A stretch of DNA of 64,000 bases from Klebsormidium nitens (taxonomy: Eukaryota > Plantae > Klebsormidiophyceae), in NCBI GenBank assembly GCA_000708835.1, contig DF237004.1, forward strand, positions 193,480 through 257,479. Reading direction: 5' to 3'. Shown here in pieces: positions 15,201-26,600 of this stretch. The translations under genes and the position numbers were made by a program. The notes beneath the pieces are model-generated. The model did no database searches and was not told the DNA's origin. It saw nothing but the letters and a program-made list of their open reading frames with translations. Within the stretch, counting starts at the first letter, position 1. Each line of letters begins with the position of its first letter.

Positions 15201-18200
15201 GTGCGAAAGTGCTGCTTTGCGTCGGTCGGTCGGATGGGCTCTCCTTGCAGCAGGATTTGACGCATCAAATAGACTTTCGTTTGTGGGCTCTTCTTACGCC
15301 TGTCTTGCCTTCTGTGTGCAGTTTCGTGAGCGCGCCCTGGTTACCCTGGGAGATCCGCGGGGCCGCTGCGAGGGGCATGTTAGGAGGGGCGGGGATCGCT
15401 ATCCAGGTGGGTCTGTGGAAAACAAGCTATATAAGCGTTAGAGGTAGTTTTCTTTCCAACTGTATATGGACCATGTTAAGCAGACGCTCTGATGTTTCAG
15501 GTCTACAGGGTTGCGAAGCTTACGGACCAATCGAGCGGCTACTTTGATGGTATCTTTCAAGATCAAGACGCTGTTACCTTCACCCAAACAGACCCCAGCC
15601 CTAATTATTGGATCCACGCAGCGAAGCTTGGTGGCTCTCGCCAATCCCCGAATGCTGGATCATGAAATGAAGCGGCTCTTTACACGGCCGGTGCAGCGCT
15701 CTTTAACTACCAAAGTATTGACAAATTCAGCCCGACAGACCCCAAATCCTGAGTTCTGGACCCCGATTCTTGAGGTTCTGGACGCTAAGTCTCAATTCGT
15801 GGCTTTTGGCAGCGGAGTGTGATGGCTCTCGCCGACCTGAAATGCCGGATGTTGAGGACGAAGCGGCTCTTCACAACGCCGATTCAGCGCTCTTTTACTA
15901 TTAATTCGCTGACACCTTTAGCCTAACAGACCCAAACCTTGAGTTTCTGGACCCCAAACCCTAAGGCTCTGGACCCTGAACCTCGATCCTTGGATCTTCG
16001 TAGCGGAGGGTCAAGCTCCGGCCGACCTAGAACGCCGGATGTTGAGACCGAAGCGGCTCTTCGCACCGCCGATCCGGCGCTCTTTCAGAACCAAAGTACA
16101 CGTACTAACACCTTCAGCCGACCTTCAGCGTAAGAGGCTCCAAACCCTGGATTTCCCGACCCCAAAACCTGAGTTCCAGGACCTGAACCTCAATCCTGCA
16201 TCCCTGCAGCGGAGGGTAATGGCTCTTGCCGACCTTGAAGGCGCCCCCGTGCATCTCGGCCCACTGACTTTGGAGCATCCGCTGGCGAGCTATGGCACGC
16301 TGTGGGGTATGGGCTCCCGCCACTACACGCGCCAAGTGCTGCAAGGGGTCTACAAGGTGAGCATGCGCTCGCACAACTGGATTAAAGGTGTGAATAGGCA
16401 CTCAGCTCGAAGTGCCAAGAGAGAGTCGTTGCGGGGTGCCGAGGGTCGGTGTGCTACTGTGCCAGTTTCGAGCAATTGTGAACAGGATAATTGCTGACCA
16501 AGTAAAGCGATCGCCTTTTGACTCGTCGGAGAATATGGGCACCGAAATTTTCGGGTCGCATCTGAAGCCAGGCTTACAAGCCGGGGGGTATGCTCCAGGT
16601 TTTTGCGTCTCAGCCCGGATGTTTGAAAACCCGTAGGTCTTCAGGCAGAAGGGAGTTAAGTCCAGGCTCGATCTCGAGCTGTGTCAAGTCTCCAGTTGGG
16701 CTGTAGAGCTTCCATTCCTGACACTTCCTTCGCCGCAGGTGCTGGGCTCCGCCGACTTCCTGGGCAACCCGGTGGGCTTCTTCCAAAGCGTGGGCTCCGG
16801 CCTTTGGGACTTCGTCACCACGCCGGCGACCAGCCTCGCGCAGGTGCAGGCCCAGATTTTGCTTCTATTAAAATTGAAAGAACTCCTTGTATATTCATTG
16901 ACATTGAGTTAGCCCTCCCTTGCGGGACCGTAGCTCAAGGGGTCTTCTGATGTGAATGTGGGCTTATTTCGACCGGAGCACGGGGAAGTCCGGTCTACAC
17001 CGCCGGCTGATCGACGACCTTGATATGATTTGCGCTTGGCAACCGTCAGCAGCTTTTGTTGCCTGGGTCTGCTTGCTGCGAAGCATCTGTGCTGTGCGAC
17101 TCTGTACTTTGCGCGGCACACCGGGTCGTCCGGCGCTTGGTTTTAAGCAACCTTTGGTGGCAGTTGTTTGCAAATGCAAATGCAAACATCAAAAATAATC
17201 CTGAAGCATTAAAAATTGATAAAAAATAAAGCTAGTGAACGAGGGGCTAACACACAGTGAAAGATGACCAAGAATTGGTCATGAGTAACAGCGGCAGTTC
17301 TTGAATCGCACGGAGCGCTCAATCTTCCGCTCAGATCTAGACAAAGTTCTAGCTTTCAACCTCGACATGAGAAGATCAGAGATTGTTCCGCAACCCGCCC
17401 TTTACGCTCTCCACAGAACCCCGGCCAGTTCACGGCAGGCGTCGCGGAGGGCACCCGCAGCCTGTTGAGCAACACGGTCTTCGCCTTCAGTAACGCCGCC
17501 ACGCGCCTCAGCGGAGCCGCGCGCAAGGTGCGTCAGCTGCTCGCTCTAGTATTTGTGTTCCTTCGTGGCCTGGAAACGAGTGCTAACTTTATGTCCCCCT
17601 ACATTTCAACTCCCTTGGGGTCAAAAGACGTGCGTCCTTTTTGCTCCGTTTTTCCTCTTCGTCTTGTCATGGAAGATCCCAAAACGTTGGCCGTTCTTGT
17701 GCTTCGTGTCTTGAGTTGCGTGCTGACGCTATAGTTCTTAGGGTCGGCTTTGTGAAGAGCATGTGGTTTACAAGGGGACGCCGGCAATCGGTCTGGCTTT
17801 TGTCATCTGCCTTCGTTTCTTGTCAGACGCCGAAAACCTGCCCCGCTCTTCTCTACCCATTGTCTTTCGTACCGATCACAGTTCTGACGTGCCATTTTGC
17901 AGGGCGTTCAAACGTGGGCGCTGGACCGGGAGTACATTGAGGAGATGGAACGGCGGCGGCGCGAGGAGAACGGCGGGGGCGTCTTGCGCGCCATTCTCGA
18001 GGTGGGCGTCAGACGCGTCCAAATCCCAGAAGAGTAGCAAACGTCTTCTGGGATTGCTCGACCAAGTAATTTCGGTGTCCCTCCTCTTACAACTCACGCA
18101 TGCTGACGTCACCTGCTTACAGGGCTTGACCGGGGTGCTGGAGCAACCGGTGAGGGGCGCGGAGAGCAGCGGCTTGGCAGGGATGGTCACCGGTGGGTTT

Positions 18201-19544
18201 CTCCGGCTCGATATCACGTATATTTGAATTGTAAGACTTCCTCTCAAGCCTGTTGGCAGCATCACAGTAGTGCCGTGATTCTTTTAGCAATTTTAGGCCT
18301 GAAATCGTCGTTCACTTAGGAAGTTGGAAGAAACTTCCATCGGGTCACGTTTGAGTTGGATGGAGAATCCCAGATTCGCGTCTCCAAGTGTCGCTCGCAG
18401 CTCACCCCTCACTTGCGCCAGTTAGTCTATCATAACCTGTGGACCTGCTCAGATGTTCTTCAAATTATCCGTACCTTGCACGAGAGTGCTGAATTTGTCG
18501 CGTTTTTCCTTCCAGGCACCGCCAAAGGGCTGGTCGGTCTAGTCGCCAAGCCGACCGCCAGCATTCTCGAGCTCGCGAGCCGCACCGCGCAAAGTATCCG
18601 CAATGCGACCCGCCGCAGCCTCGCGCGCGCCATGCGCGTGCGCCCCCCCCGCCAAATCAGCGCGGACGCCCCGCTGACGAAGTATTTGCGGGAGGAGGCG
18701 GTGGGGCGGGCGGTGCTACTGGAAGCGGAGGGGGGGTGGTACGGAAACGAGGTGAGGGGGGGGGCGGGTGGTTTTGCACTGCGGCGTTCGTTGCCGAAGA
18801 GGGGGGGCCTTTTTGTGGTAAACCACAAGAGGAGTTTCATGGTTCTCGATGTTCGACGTGTAGATCCGAATGGTGAACACGCACGGCAGTCTTATACACG
18901 GGCAGATGTGCTCCACAGAAGACAACCATCTTCTCGTCCGAACGGCGATCGCCGAGGGACGTTAGTCCCTCGCACAAGGATGCTTTAGGTGGTGACGGAG
19001 AGGCCGCGACGCCATGTCAGCACAAGCCGAAACGCTGTGATAAGTGCGACTGAGATCGTCAAAGTTGACGTGAAGAAAGATGAACACCAACCTTCTCTTG
19101 GTGTTGGTTTTGCAGGTGTTCAGCCAATGCTTTCCCCTCGCAGAACCGGGCGAGTTCCTCGTTCTGTCCGAATCCCGAGTCCTTTCCGTCGAGAGCGCGA
19201 GCTACCGACCGGCGGCAAAAACATCGGACACTTGCCCCGGGCGCGAGTGGACTGTCCAGTGGGACATCGCCTTTACGGACGTCCTACACGTCCAGTCGCG
19301 GGGAAAGGCACTCCGGATACTCGCCATGTCGCCAACCCTGACGTCAAAGCCAGCAAAAACGCCCGTGCTGGGAACGCCACCAAAGTCGGCGGGCGCCGCA
19401 CCATATGTGCATAGAGAGATCAGCTTCGAGGAGGAGGGCGCGGCGGAGTATCTGCGTAAGCATTTGTCAGAGCACGCGAATAGGAGCCACAGCGGTCATG
19501 GGCTAGGACAGGGAGCTTTGCTTCCGAAAGAAAGCGTCGAATGA
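252..19544 (+). CDS. VPS13: VPS13 lipid-transfer protein, plant VPS13S/SHRUBBY type; 5' end lies outside the window
   Basis: Phase-consistent exons approx 252-396, 706-1015, 1436-3174, 3722-5316, 5686-5814, 6222-6377, 6819-7520, 7857-7979, 8284-8712, 9044-9227, 9566-10655, 11067-11183, 11579-11858, 12267-12485, 12843-13055, 13511-13791, 14187-14497, 14827-15001, 15322-15406, 16210-16356, 16739-16843, 17417-17527, 17903-18001, 18123-18192, 18516-18751, 19116-19544. Motifs: VAWEPLVEP; QLRRYSK..VALTNKTSVPLDLCFEMPF; SHR-BD/VAB (RPRYVLVN..QQGT..HWTD; GWDWSGGFAPDQLGD; PYRIENFS; YAWDEPCRPHRL); ATG_C region (VLGSADFLGNPVG; GLTGVLEQPVRGA; GLVGLVAKPTASILE; RVRPPR); PH-like end. Confidence 0.95.
5441..5482. 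repeat. Short tandem repeat (CCCCTTTGAA)x3-4 in a VPS13 intron
   Basis: acccccctttgaacccctttgaacccctttgaactccccctttg read directly. Confidence 0.8.
15590..16245 (+). repeat. Degenerate ~190-205 bp tandem repeat spanning an acceptor and exon start of VPS13
   Basis: YAG+CGGAG.GT.ATGGCTCT.GCCGACCT-like units at 15619, 15810, 16001 and the real acceptor 16207; shared gaagcggctctt..cagcgctcttt block in each unit. Confidence 0.85.
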
Positions 19545-20735
19545 AAACTCACGATAGAATTCTAGGCCGATAGAAGGTAATGTTGCTGCAAGTGATCTTA
19601 ATCGAGCTGAGGCAAAAGGCCAGGTAGAAATACTCACGATGGGGTCACTCTAAGGTGATCTGTGTCTTGTATTTTTCTCTGTCCAAATAAACTCCGGCCT
19701 CGTGGCAGATACTTGGTAACCTTCGAGAATTTTACTTGATGCATGCAACTATAACAACCTGAAGTGGTGCATGCGTATAATTTCCGCGCATCATACGTCT
19801 CCTCTTTGGTAGGTTTTATATCTCGATACGTCCGACAATCATCCTCAGATTTGCTCCGTCAAGTTGATGGAGCACTGATTGAAAGACAACCTGGCAGATT
19901 GTGCACTGATGCCAATCCAAATGCATTCAGGTCGACAGGTGTCTATTGCATGGGTATAACATAGCTTCGATCGGCCATGCTGCTTTTGCCATCTTCTCTA
20001 GCTACATAGCTAGAGCTATTATGGGGTACCGTACGAGTATACTGTCGACGGTAGGCTCCATCAGACGGTACCGTAGATGTAGCATCATGCCATGCAGGCG
20101 ACAAGCAAATGTTGCATCATGTGTGCCAACTTAGCATTACCATGCTAAGAAGGTTCAGTCCGACGCACGGGATCCTAGGATGCATGTCGGTTTACATAAA
20201 TGTTGGCATGAGAGCCCAGATAGCCCATGCCAGGCCGCCCCCGCGTTCAAAAGAGAACACATCGCACATGATTGAAGCACGGCGGCCATCTTTAAGCTGC
20301 GCCTGGATGTGCAGGCTGTCCGTTCATACGCACTGCGGACTGCATGCGACAACTTACCAATGTGTAGAATCTGCTCGGAGAGCGTTTGGTGGCGCCCTGA
20401 ACTTCCCATTCTGCTATAGCAGAGCGGCCGCCAAGCCTGAGTCAATCTTCCCGAGAACAATGACGGGTCACACCTTAGTTAGAATCTAAAGTACACTTAC
20501 ACAGCTTTGCTGCATAAAGCTCTTGCGCCCAACCCAACTGAGCAATCGCAATTGCAGAGAAAACCTAGGATAGCTGCCAATTCCTATGCTAACTCCTGAC
20601 GCATACAAAACATATGCTTCCTTCCATGTGTGTTGTCCCTTTGTTCAAAAGTTGTTTACACAGGACCGGTAACACGTACTTCCCAGAACCATAAAGAGGC
20701 TTTGGTACGCATCACACAAAGCCTCAAATTCTTTG

Positions 20736-22381
20736 TTACCGCGTTGTTTGTGGCCGTTCATCTGGCGTTGCTATCTGATAGTTTGGGGCGGTAAGAGTGT
20801 CCACATCAGGAGGCAGACGCAAGCCTGGCCGAGGCTCGATCTCTGGTAGAGGAATGCTGTTTCGCTGCTTTGCGAGCTCGAGGAGAACCTAAGGACCAGA
20901 AAGCGCTCAGTCACCAACTTTGAAAGTTTATCAAGGAGCCCGCGCATCTGCCAGACGTTTCAAAGTGCTTAGGGGCAAACGAGTGCTGCCTACATAGAGG
21001 CTGGTTTTGCAAGACAAGGAACCAATCAAATGTTTGTCCTGGACAAATTAACAAAGAGCTAGGTCGATCCGTGAGGGTCAGTAAGCGTCAGATCAGCAAG
21101 ACATGTGGGTAACTTGCTTGTGAGAGTCATCTGTTATTGCACCATCCGCAAATTTGAAATAACTTTCATCCTCCTGCTTATCGATCTACACAAATGCGGC
21201 GGACCTTCTCAGCCGTGTACATCAATACCTATAACAGAGACCAGCATAATTGTTCCCTGTACATCAGATACTTTAAGTAGAGACCAGAAGACAACAACAC
21301 ACTGCGCTTCGCACTTTATTCTCGGTGCCTCACCTCTCTCGGTGGGGGCTGCGTGAAGGAAAAGTTGACCCGAGACTGGATTGCGAGCTTCACATCATCA
21401 ATGTCGATTGCCGGCTTGTTTGCATGCTCCGAGTAGGTTCGTGCGTCGCTGAGGGCGTCGGTGAAGTATCCTGCACATAGTTGCACCCAGATTTCTTACT
21501 ACGGAAGTTACTGTGTAGGTATTGGGCACAGGTGACATTTTTGTTTAGGGGGAATGCACTTACAGTTGAAGGATACAATTGAGTTGAGCAATGCCGACAA
21601 GCTGGAACGCAACGCTGATCGTTGATGCCCAATTCGGACCACATGAGCGAACAAGATGCGGGGACAGGTTCCTTGAATGCTTATGTTTTCACACGTAAAA
21701 CGAGTTGTTTACTGCTGAGATCCACGCGTTTGCCCACATGTTTCCAACTCTGTTCAACGTTCAAAGGCAAGGGCTGTCTGCTTAGAGTGCTCAATTCTCA
21801 CATTTCTTGAAAAGCGAGATGGACTATTGACAATGCCACCTGAAATGCTGTCACTTAGAAAGATCCCTGAGAGAGTGAATGTCTGATTCCTCATAATCCT
21901 GAACCACCACAGCCTTGATTTCTTCGATTGATGAAGAATCACAGCAAAATGGGGCACCGGTCGTATGAGAGCCCCGCAATATAATCCCAGGAGTCCTAAT
22001 CTCCTCACACAAAATGCAGTGAAGGCTTCCTTCGCGGGTAAAATGTTGACCGATGGAAAGGGTGTCCAAGAGGACGACCGCAAGGCACTACCCGCAGCTT
22101 ACAACGTCCGTCACTTTTCACCGGGGCACGAACTGATGGACCAGACAAGAGCAGCTTTCAAGTCACACCACCAACACCTCTCTCCCTTCCAATGTTCCAA
22201 ATGTCTATCATTCTAGCGGAACTACTGCCTGATCAAGGTTGGCAATCCGCTTACGATACATGAACTCCAGGAGCTGGTTCACAACTCGCGGCTCGTAGTT
22301 TTCCACCCCCATCGATCGCAGTATCTCGATGATGACCTTAGCATCCTGCGGAAGATCTCCAGCAGCCCCAGCGTCCGCCAT
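20736..22381 (-). CDS. TAF9: TFIID subunit TAF9 (histone-fold)
   Basis: Three exons not in the ORF track: 22381-22255 ([43 protein letters not shown]), 21470-21334 ([45 protein letters not shown]), 20888-20736 ([39 protein letters not shown]). GT-AG introns, phases fit, classic TAF9 motifs. Confidence 0.96.
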
Positions 22382-23680
22382 TTCCGAGGGCGATGCTTCT
22401 CAAAATTGAGCTGCCGCCATTGGACCAGCTCCTCTGCGCTAGGAGTAGAAATTTGACAGCGTACAATATTAGCCATGCAGCAAAAGCACGCAAGCTGACA
22501 ACTAGAACGACGTGCTAGCCATAGATGATAGAATTTGTCGTGTCACCGAACTCCTGGGTGACTATGCCGATTCTGCTCGGGCTAAAAAACAAAGTATTGA
22601 GTTAGGGCAACTCCCAGCCGCCGATGAGTCACAAGCAATAAGTTTGAACGGCGCTTCTTTCAGGGAGCTTTCGTACAATTGCTTCGCAGCGGCTACTGGT
22701 TGGTTTGAATTTGAAACTTATAGTCAGGTAAAACCCCTTGAATTAATTCAAGTGATTTTCAGCGCGCGCGGCCTGGCGTCGTGCCGTGCATTGAATCATT
22801 GAGACCGTCGATGACGGTGAACGTGCTGAACGTGCAGCAGATCGACGGTTGAAATTCTACCCCAACTTCCCTCGAAACTTTCAAACGTGCGGAAGCTTGT
22901 TCAACAAAACTTCTGCCAGCTCAGCGGTCATGGCTCCGGCCACGTTGAAGACGGTTGAACGTTCTCTCTGCCATTGCAGGCTTCCTTGGTGCAGCCCCAG
23001 CGCCATGGCTGCCGGCAGCCGGCAGCTGCAGTCTCTGCAGCAGCACTGGCAATCTGCTCGTGGAGTTTCTGTTGGGCCCTGACACTGACAGAAGGTGTCA
23101 GGAGTTTGGTTGTTGTGCTTCCCCTTCCTGACAATGTAGAGCACTTTATCCTTAGCTGAAGGCAAGTCCTAAAGCCAAAGGAAGATAATTGCTCTTCATT
23201 AGAAGCTTGGTAATGTACCAAGGTAGATGATTCTGGTAGGACTTAGGTTTCAATCAGCGTTTCATCTAGTCTAATCAGCATTGAACTGGTTTAGAGGTAC
23301 AAGTGCAAGCTCCGGAGGGTGAGCGTTTGTCTGAAGGACCGAAGGAAAGGCATTGCAATGGCGGTCACAGAAAGCAGCAGTCCTCTGGCTGATCTGCATT
23401 CAGTCCATTTGCGAATTGCACGGACAATGGAACAGGTAAAATGCCCAACATTGCTGCCCTTGTTTTTGACAGCAGGTTAAGCACTCTTGAAGATCTTCAT
23501 GCATCCCTTCTTCAATGGTAATACAAAGACTGGAAGACAAATTTTCCTTGAGGATACACTTTGTCCTCGAAACAAACGCAACTGTCTGCACAAACAACCG
23601 ATTGTAAGAGTTTTACCCTCTGTCGTCAAGCAAGGGGAGCCCTTCGTACCTTCACTCTTTGGAGGTCCTGATCAATGCAG

Positions 23681-26600
23681 GGCTTGATGCCAAAAACAGC
23701 ATGTTCACTAAGGCGAGGTAGGACTCGACAATTGATCAGGGGCAGTGCAACCCCGCATGCCCAACAGGCCTTGTTTTCTAGCAAGTTTGTCAGCGGCATT
23801 GAGAACATGAGGCAGAGGGTATGAGCTTTGTGCTTTGTGCTTGGTAAGTTCACCTTCTTCTCCTCAATGCCTTCGCAAGTTCAAGGGGTATCCTGCAATC
23901 TTGATGTTTGTTTTTGTGCTCATTTGCAGCTAGACGGTGCCTTTGTACGTGCTCACAAGCTGGGCATGGCTGGCCAGCTCTCCTTGGGCGAGCTGCGCGC
24001 TTTTGTCTTCTCAATGGAGCAAGTGGAGGCAGAAGTGCAGGTACGTTTTAACTCTCGGAAGCGTCCAATTCGTCCTAGTCATACTTCATTTCTGATCGCT
24101 GTTGTCCCAGAGTCCTCACCATTGGCAGTTGTCGCTTAGCAAGCGCTTGTGATTATGAAATACAGATCTCTTTCAATACCTACCATCAGGACAAGTCAAT
24201 CTGTGACGGAGCATCACTTTACCATTAGCGCTCGACGCATGAACGAGCGTCGAACTCAGCCTTTCAACGTGCAGAACGTGGGCTGGACTCAGTCATAAGA
24301 ACAGATTGTCAAAAGAGAAGTTGGCGCAATGGTACCATGAAAGACTTGTCTTGTGTTCTCGATTATGTGAACAAGGATCAAGCATTCAGAACCTTCTCAC
24401 CTGTCAATTGTGAGCCCCCAAAGCCCCCGGTTTTTTAACTTTGCCATATTCGTGTTCCGAAATCCTGTGAAGTACTCCAACTGATTTTCTGCTTGCTGTC
24501 TGCCTGCAGAAATGGGCCCCTCTCTTCTCGGAGGCCGCTTTGCGCCCCCAAGGACCTTCCCTCAGTATGCATCTCCCAACCATCAACACAAGCGACCAGG
24601 CGCATACTCCCACGTCCCCACTTTCGCCCAATCCCAGCACGCCAGCTGGCTCCGCAGAGGGACCGTTTACCACCCCCCTGACAGGCCCTCTCCTCGTCCA
24701 CGGCTTCCCTAGCGAAAACCTCGACTTCACCCCAGTCAGTGTGAACACCCCCAGAGCCTTTTCACACCACCCCACTCCTTTCCCTGAGCACCGGTCTGAG
24801 GACTCCGAAGAAGAGGCCATGGAAGACGAGGACGCTCCTGAAGGGGGCCCGGTCCCCGTCTCGGGGGGTGGTTTAGAGGGGGAAGCGTCCCCCATGCCGC
24901 CGACGCCGAGCATGCCCTCACCCCCCCGCTGCTGCTTTGTCCTCAAGAACCGGGACAGCAATGCAAGCAGCAGTAGCTTCACAATGACCCCGTCGAGCGC
25001 GTCTCCCCGAACCCCAGTCTCTTTCCAGAGAGGCCCTCTTTCGGCAATGGGACACAATCAGGTGGCTGAGAACCAGCGCGTGGGGCTGGCTTCACAAGGC
25101 CTCTTGAGCAAAGGGGAGGGAAAGAGGGGAGCGAGGGCTGGGGATGAGTTGGAAGACCAGGAGAATCAAGGCCCTGTTGGGGCGCTGGGCGACTTTGGGC
25201 TGGAGCGCCAGCCTGGTAAGGAAGGACTCCACAAGGCCCCTCTTGGAAAGGTTCCGAATAAAAGTGGAACTGGTTCGTTTCTGTTGCATCACGCTGGACC
25301 AGTCTAGGCACGAAGCTTGTCATTGAAAGCAGCTTGATGGACTGCAGTGTCGATAAAACTCCAGCTGCAAAGCCTTGAGTTCACCATCCGCTGGATCGTA
25401 TCGCTTGATTACATCAGGTGACGTTAGCGAAACTCCCTCCGAGTCTGATCCTCAAAAGTTATGCCCTGGTGCAGCGCTCGTCGAACCAACACACAACTGG
25501 GCGCAGGCGAGCCTCCAGCGCGCTCGCAGCATGGGGGGGATGCACACAGGGCCTGCACCCAGCCCATTCCGCACCCCTGGTGAGCAATGTTCGCCAAATG
25601 AATTGCTAGATTGACTTGCACCCTGCTTTCGTTTCACACTTTGTTGCTTGCATTGCGATGCCAGTCGAGTCCATGTGTAAAGGGTTTGTGAACTGGAGGT
25701 AGTTAGGCTCAACCGAAAACGCGCGAAGCCCAGAGTCTGAGTTTGCTCGGCAGTATGGGAGAGTTCGGCCGTTCAATGCGACACACTTCTGCGATAAGTA
25801 CGTTCTCGTACCTGTAATTCTCCGCGTATTCTTTGCTCTCACTCGGGACCAGTGCTTGCTTTGTGCGCATGATGATCAATACGTCCACCTTGGCATAAGA
25901 TCGAAGAGGGCGTCTGGATACTGGTCTCCCCTCCGGTACTCTGGCAACTCTTATGTGACTTTAGAGGCGTGTGACTTCGAATAGGCGCCCGGGAGACGGG
26001 TGGGGTAGGTAAGGTGGTTAGGGTGGGTTGGGGTCTGGAGCGGGTACTTATTTTGGTTAGGTTTTTGAGATTACGTGCCCGGGTAAGTCGAATGTTAGGT
26101 CACACGCCCGTCAGGTCACACGAGAATTGCCAATATCCCTCCGGTCATGTATCTGGCAAACCTGTACACCCATTCTGAACACCTTTACACCCCTGTACTC
26201 GCCATTGTGCGGCCAGGTCCTACAGATTTGCAATCACCGATGAGGTCCCACCGACAAACGAGAATTACGAGGGGAAAAGGAAGATTGAAAAGGGGTTTAC
26301 TGAAAGCTTTCAACCCTGCGACTACGGTGCGGCCTCCAAACGGACTCACTAAGTAACCCCAGCAGGCCGTTCGATCTATTCAAATCGGACGAAGATGAGT
26401 ATTGTTTCTGATTTCGATCCTCCTCATTCCAGGTGTCACTCGCCTTATGCGGCTGTCGCCCGGCGGCCCTTCCCCCGTCTCCCCCGTCCAGAACCTCTCC
26501 TTCGACTCCCCGGCAACTTTCGCCACGTGGCAGAAGAAGACCCGCCCACGCGCCGGACAGGCCCCCAGAGACGTTTCGGACGGTTCCCCCAATCTCCGGA

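Noticed and set aside
22640-22960. MSA (AACGG) mitotic promoter elements
   Set aside because: Only one core match and several near misses; not above chance.
23400-24040. QWRF/augmin-8 or Ska3 identity for the plus-strand gene
   Set aside because: LLQW is not followed by RF, and no Ska3 plant motifs were seen; the Ask1-type RAH..W..F pattern fits better, though unconfirmed.
24540-25307. 255-aa ORF as a stand-alone gene ending at TAG 25307
   Set aside because: A strong GTAAGG donor at 25216 splices in phase to 25418 and 26433, so it is an internal exon of the Ask1-like gene.
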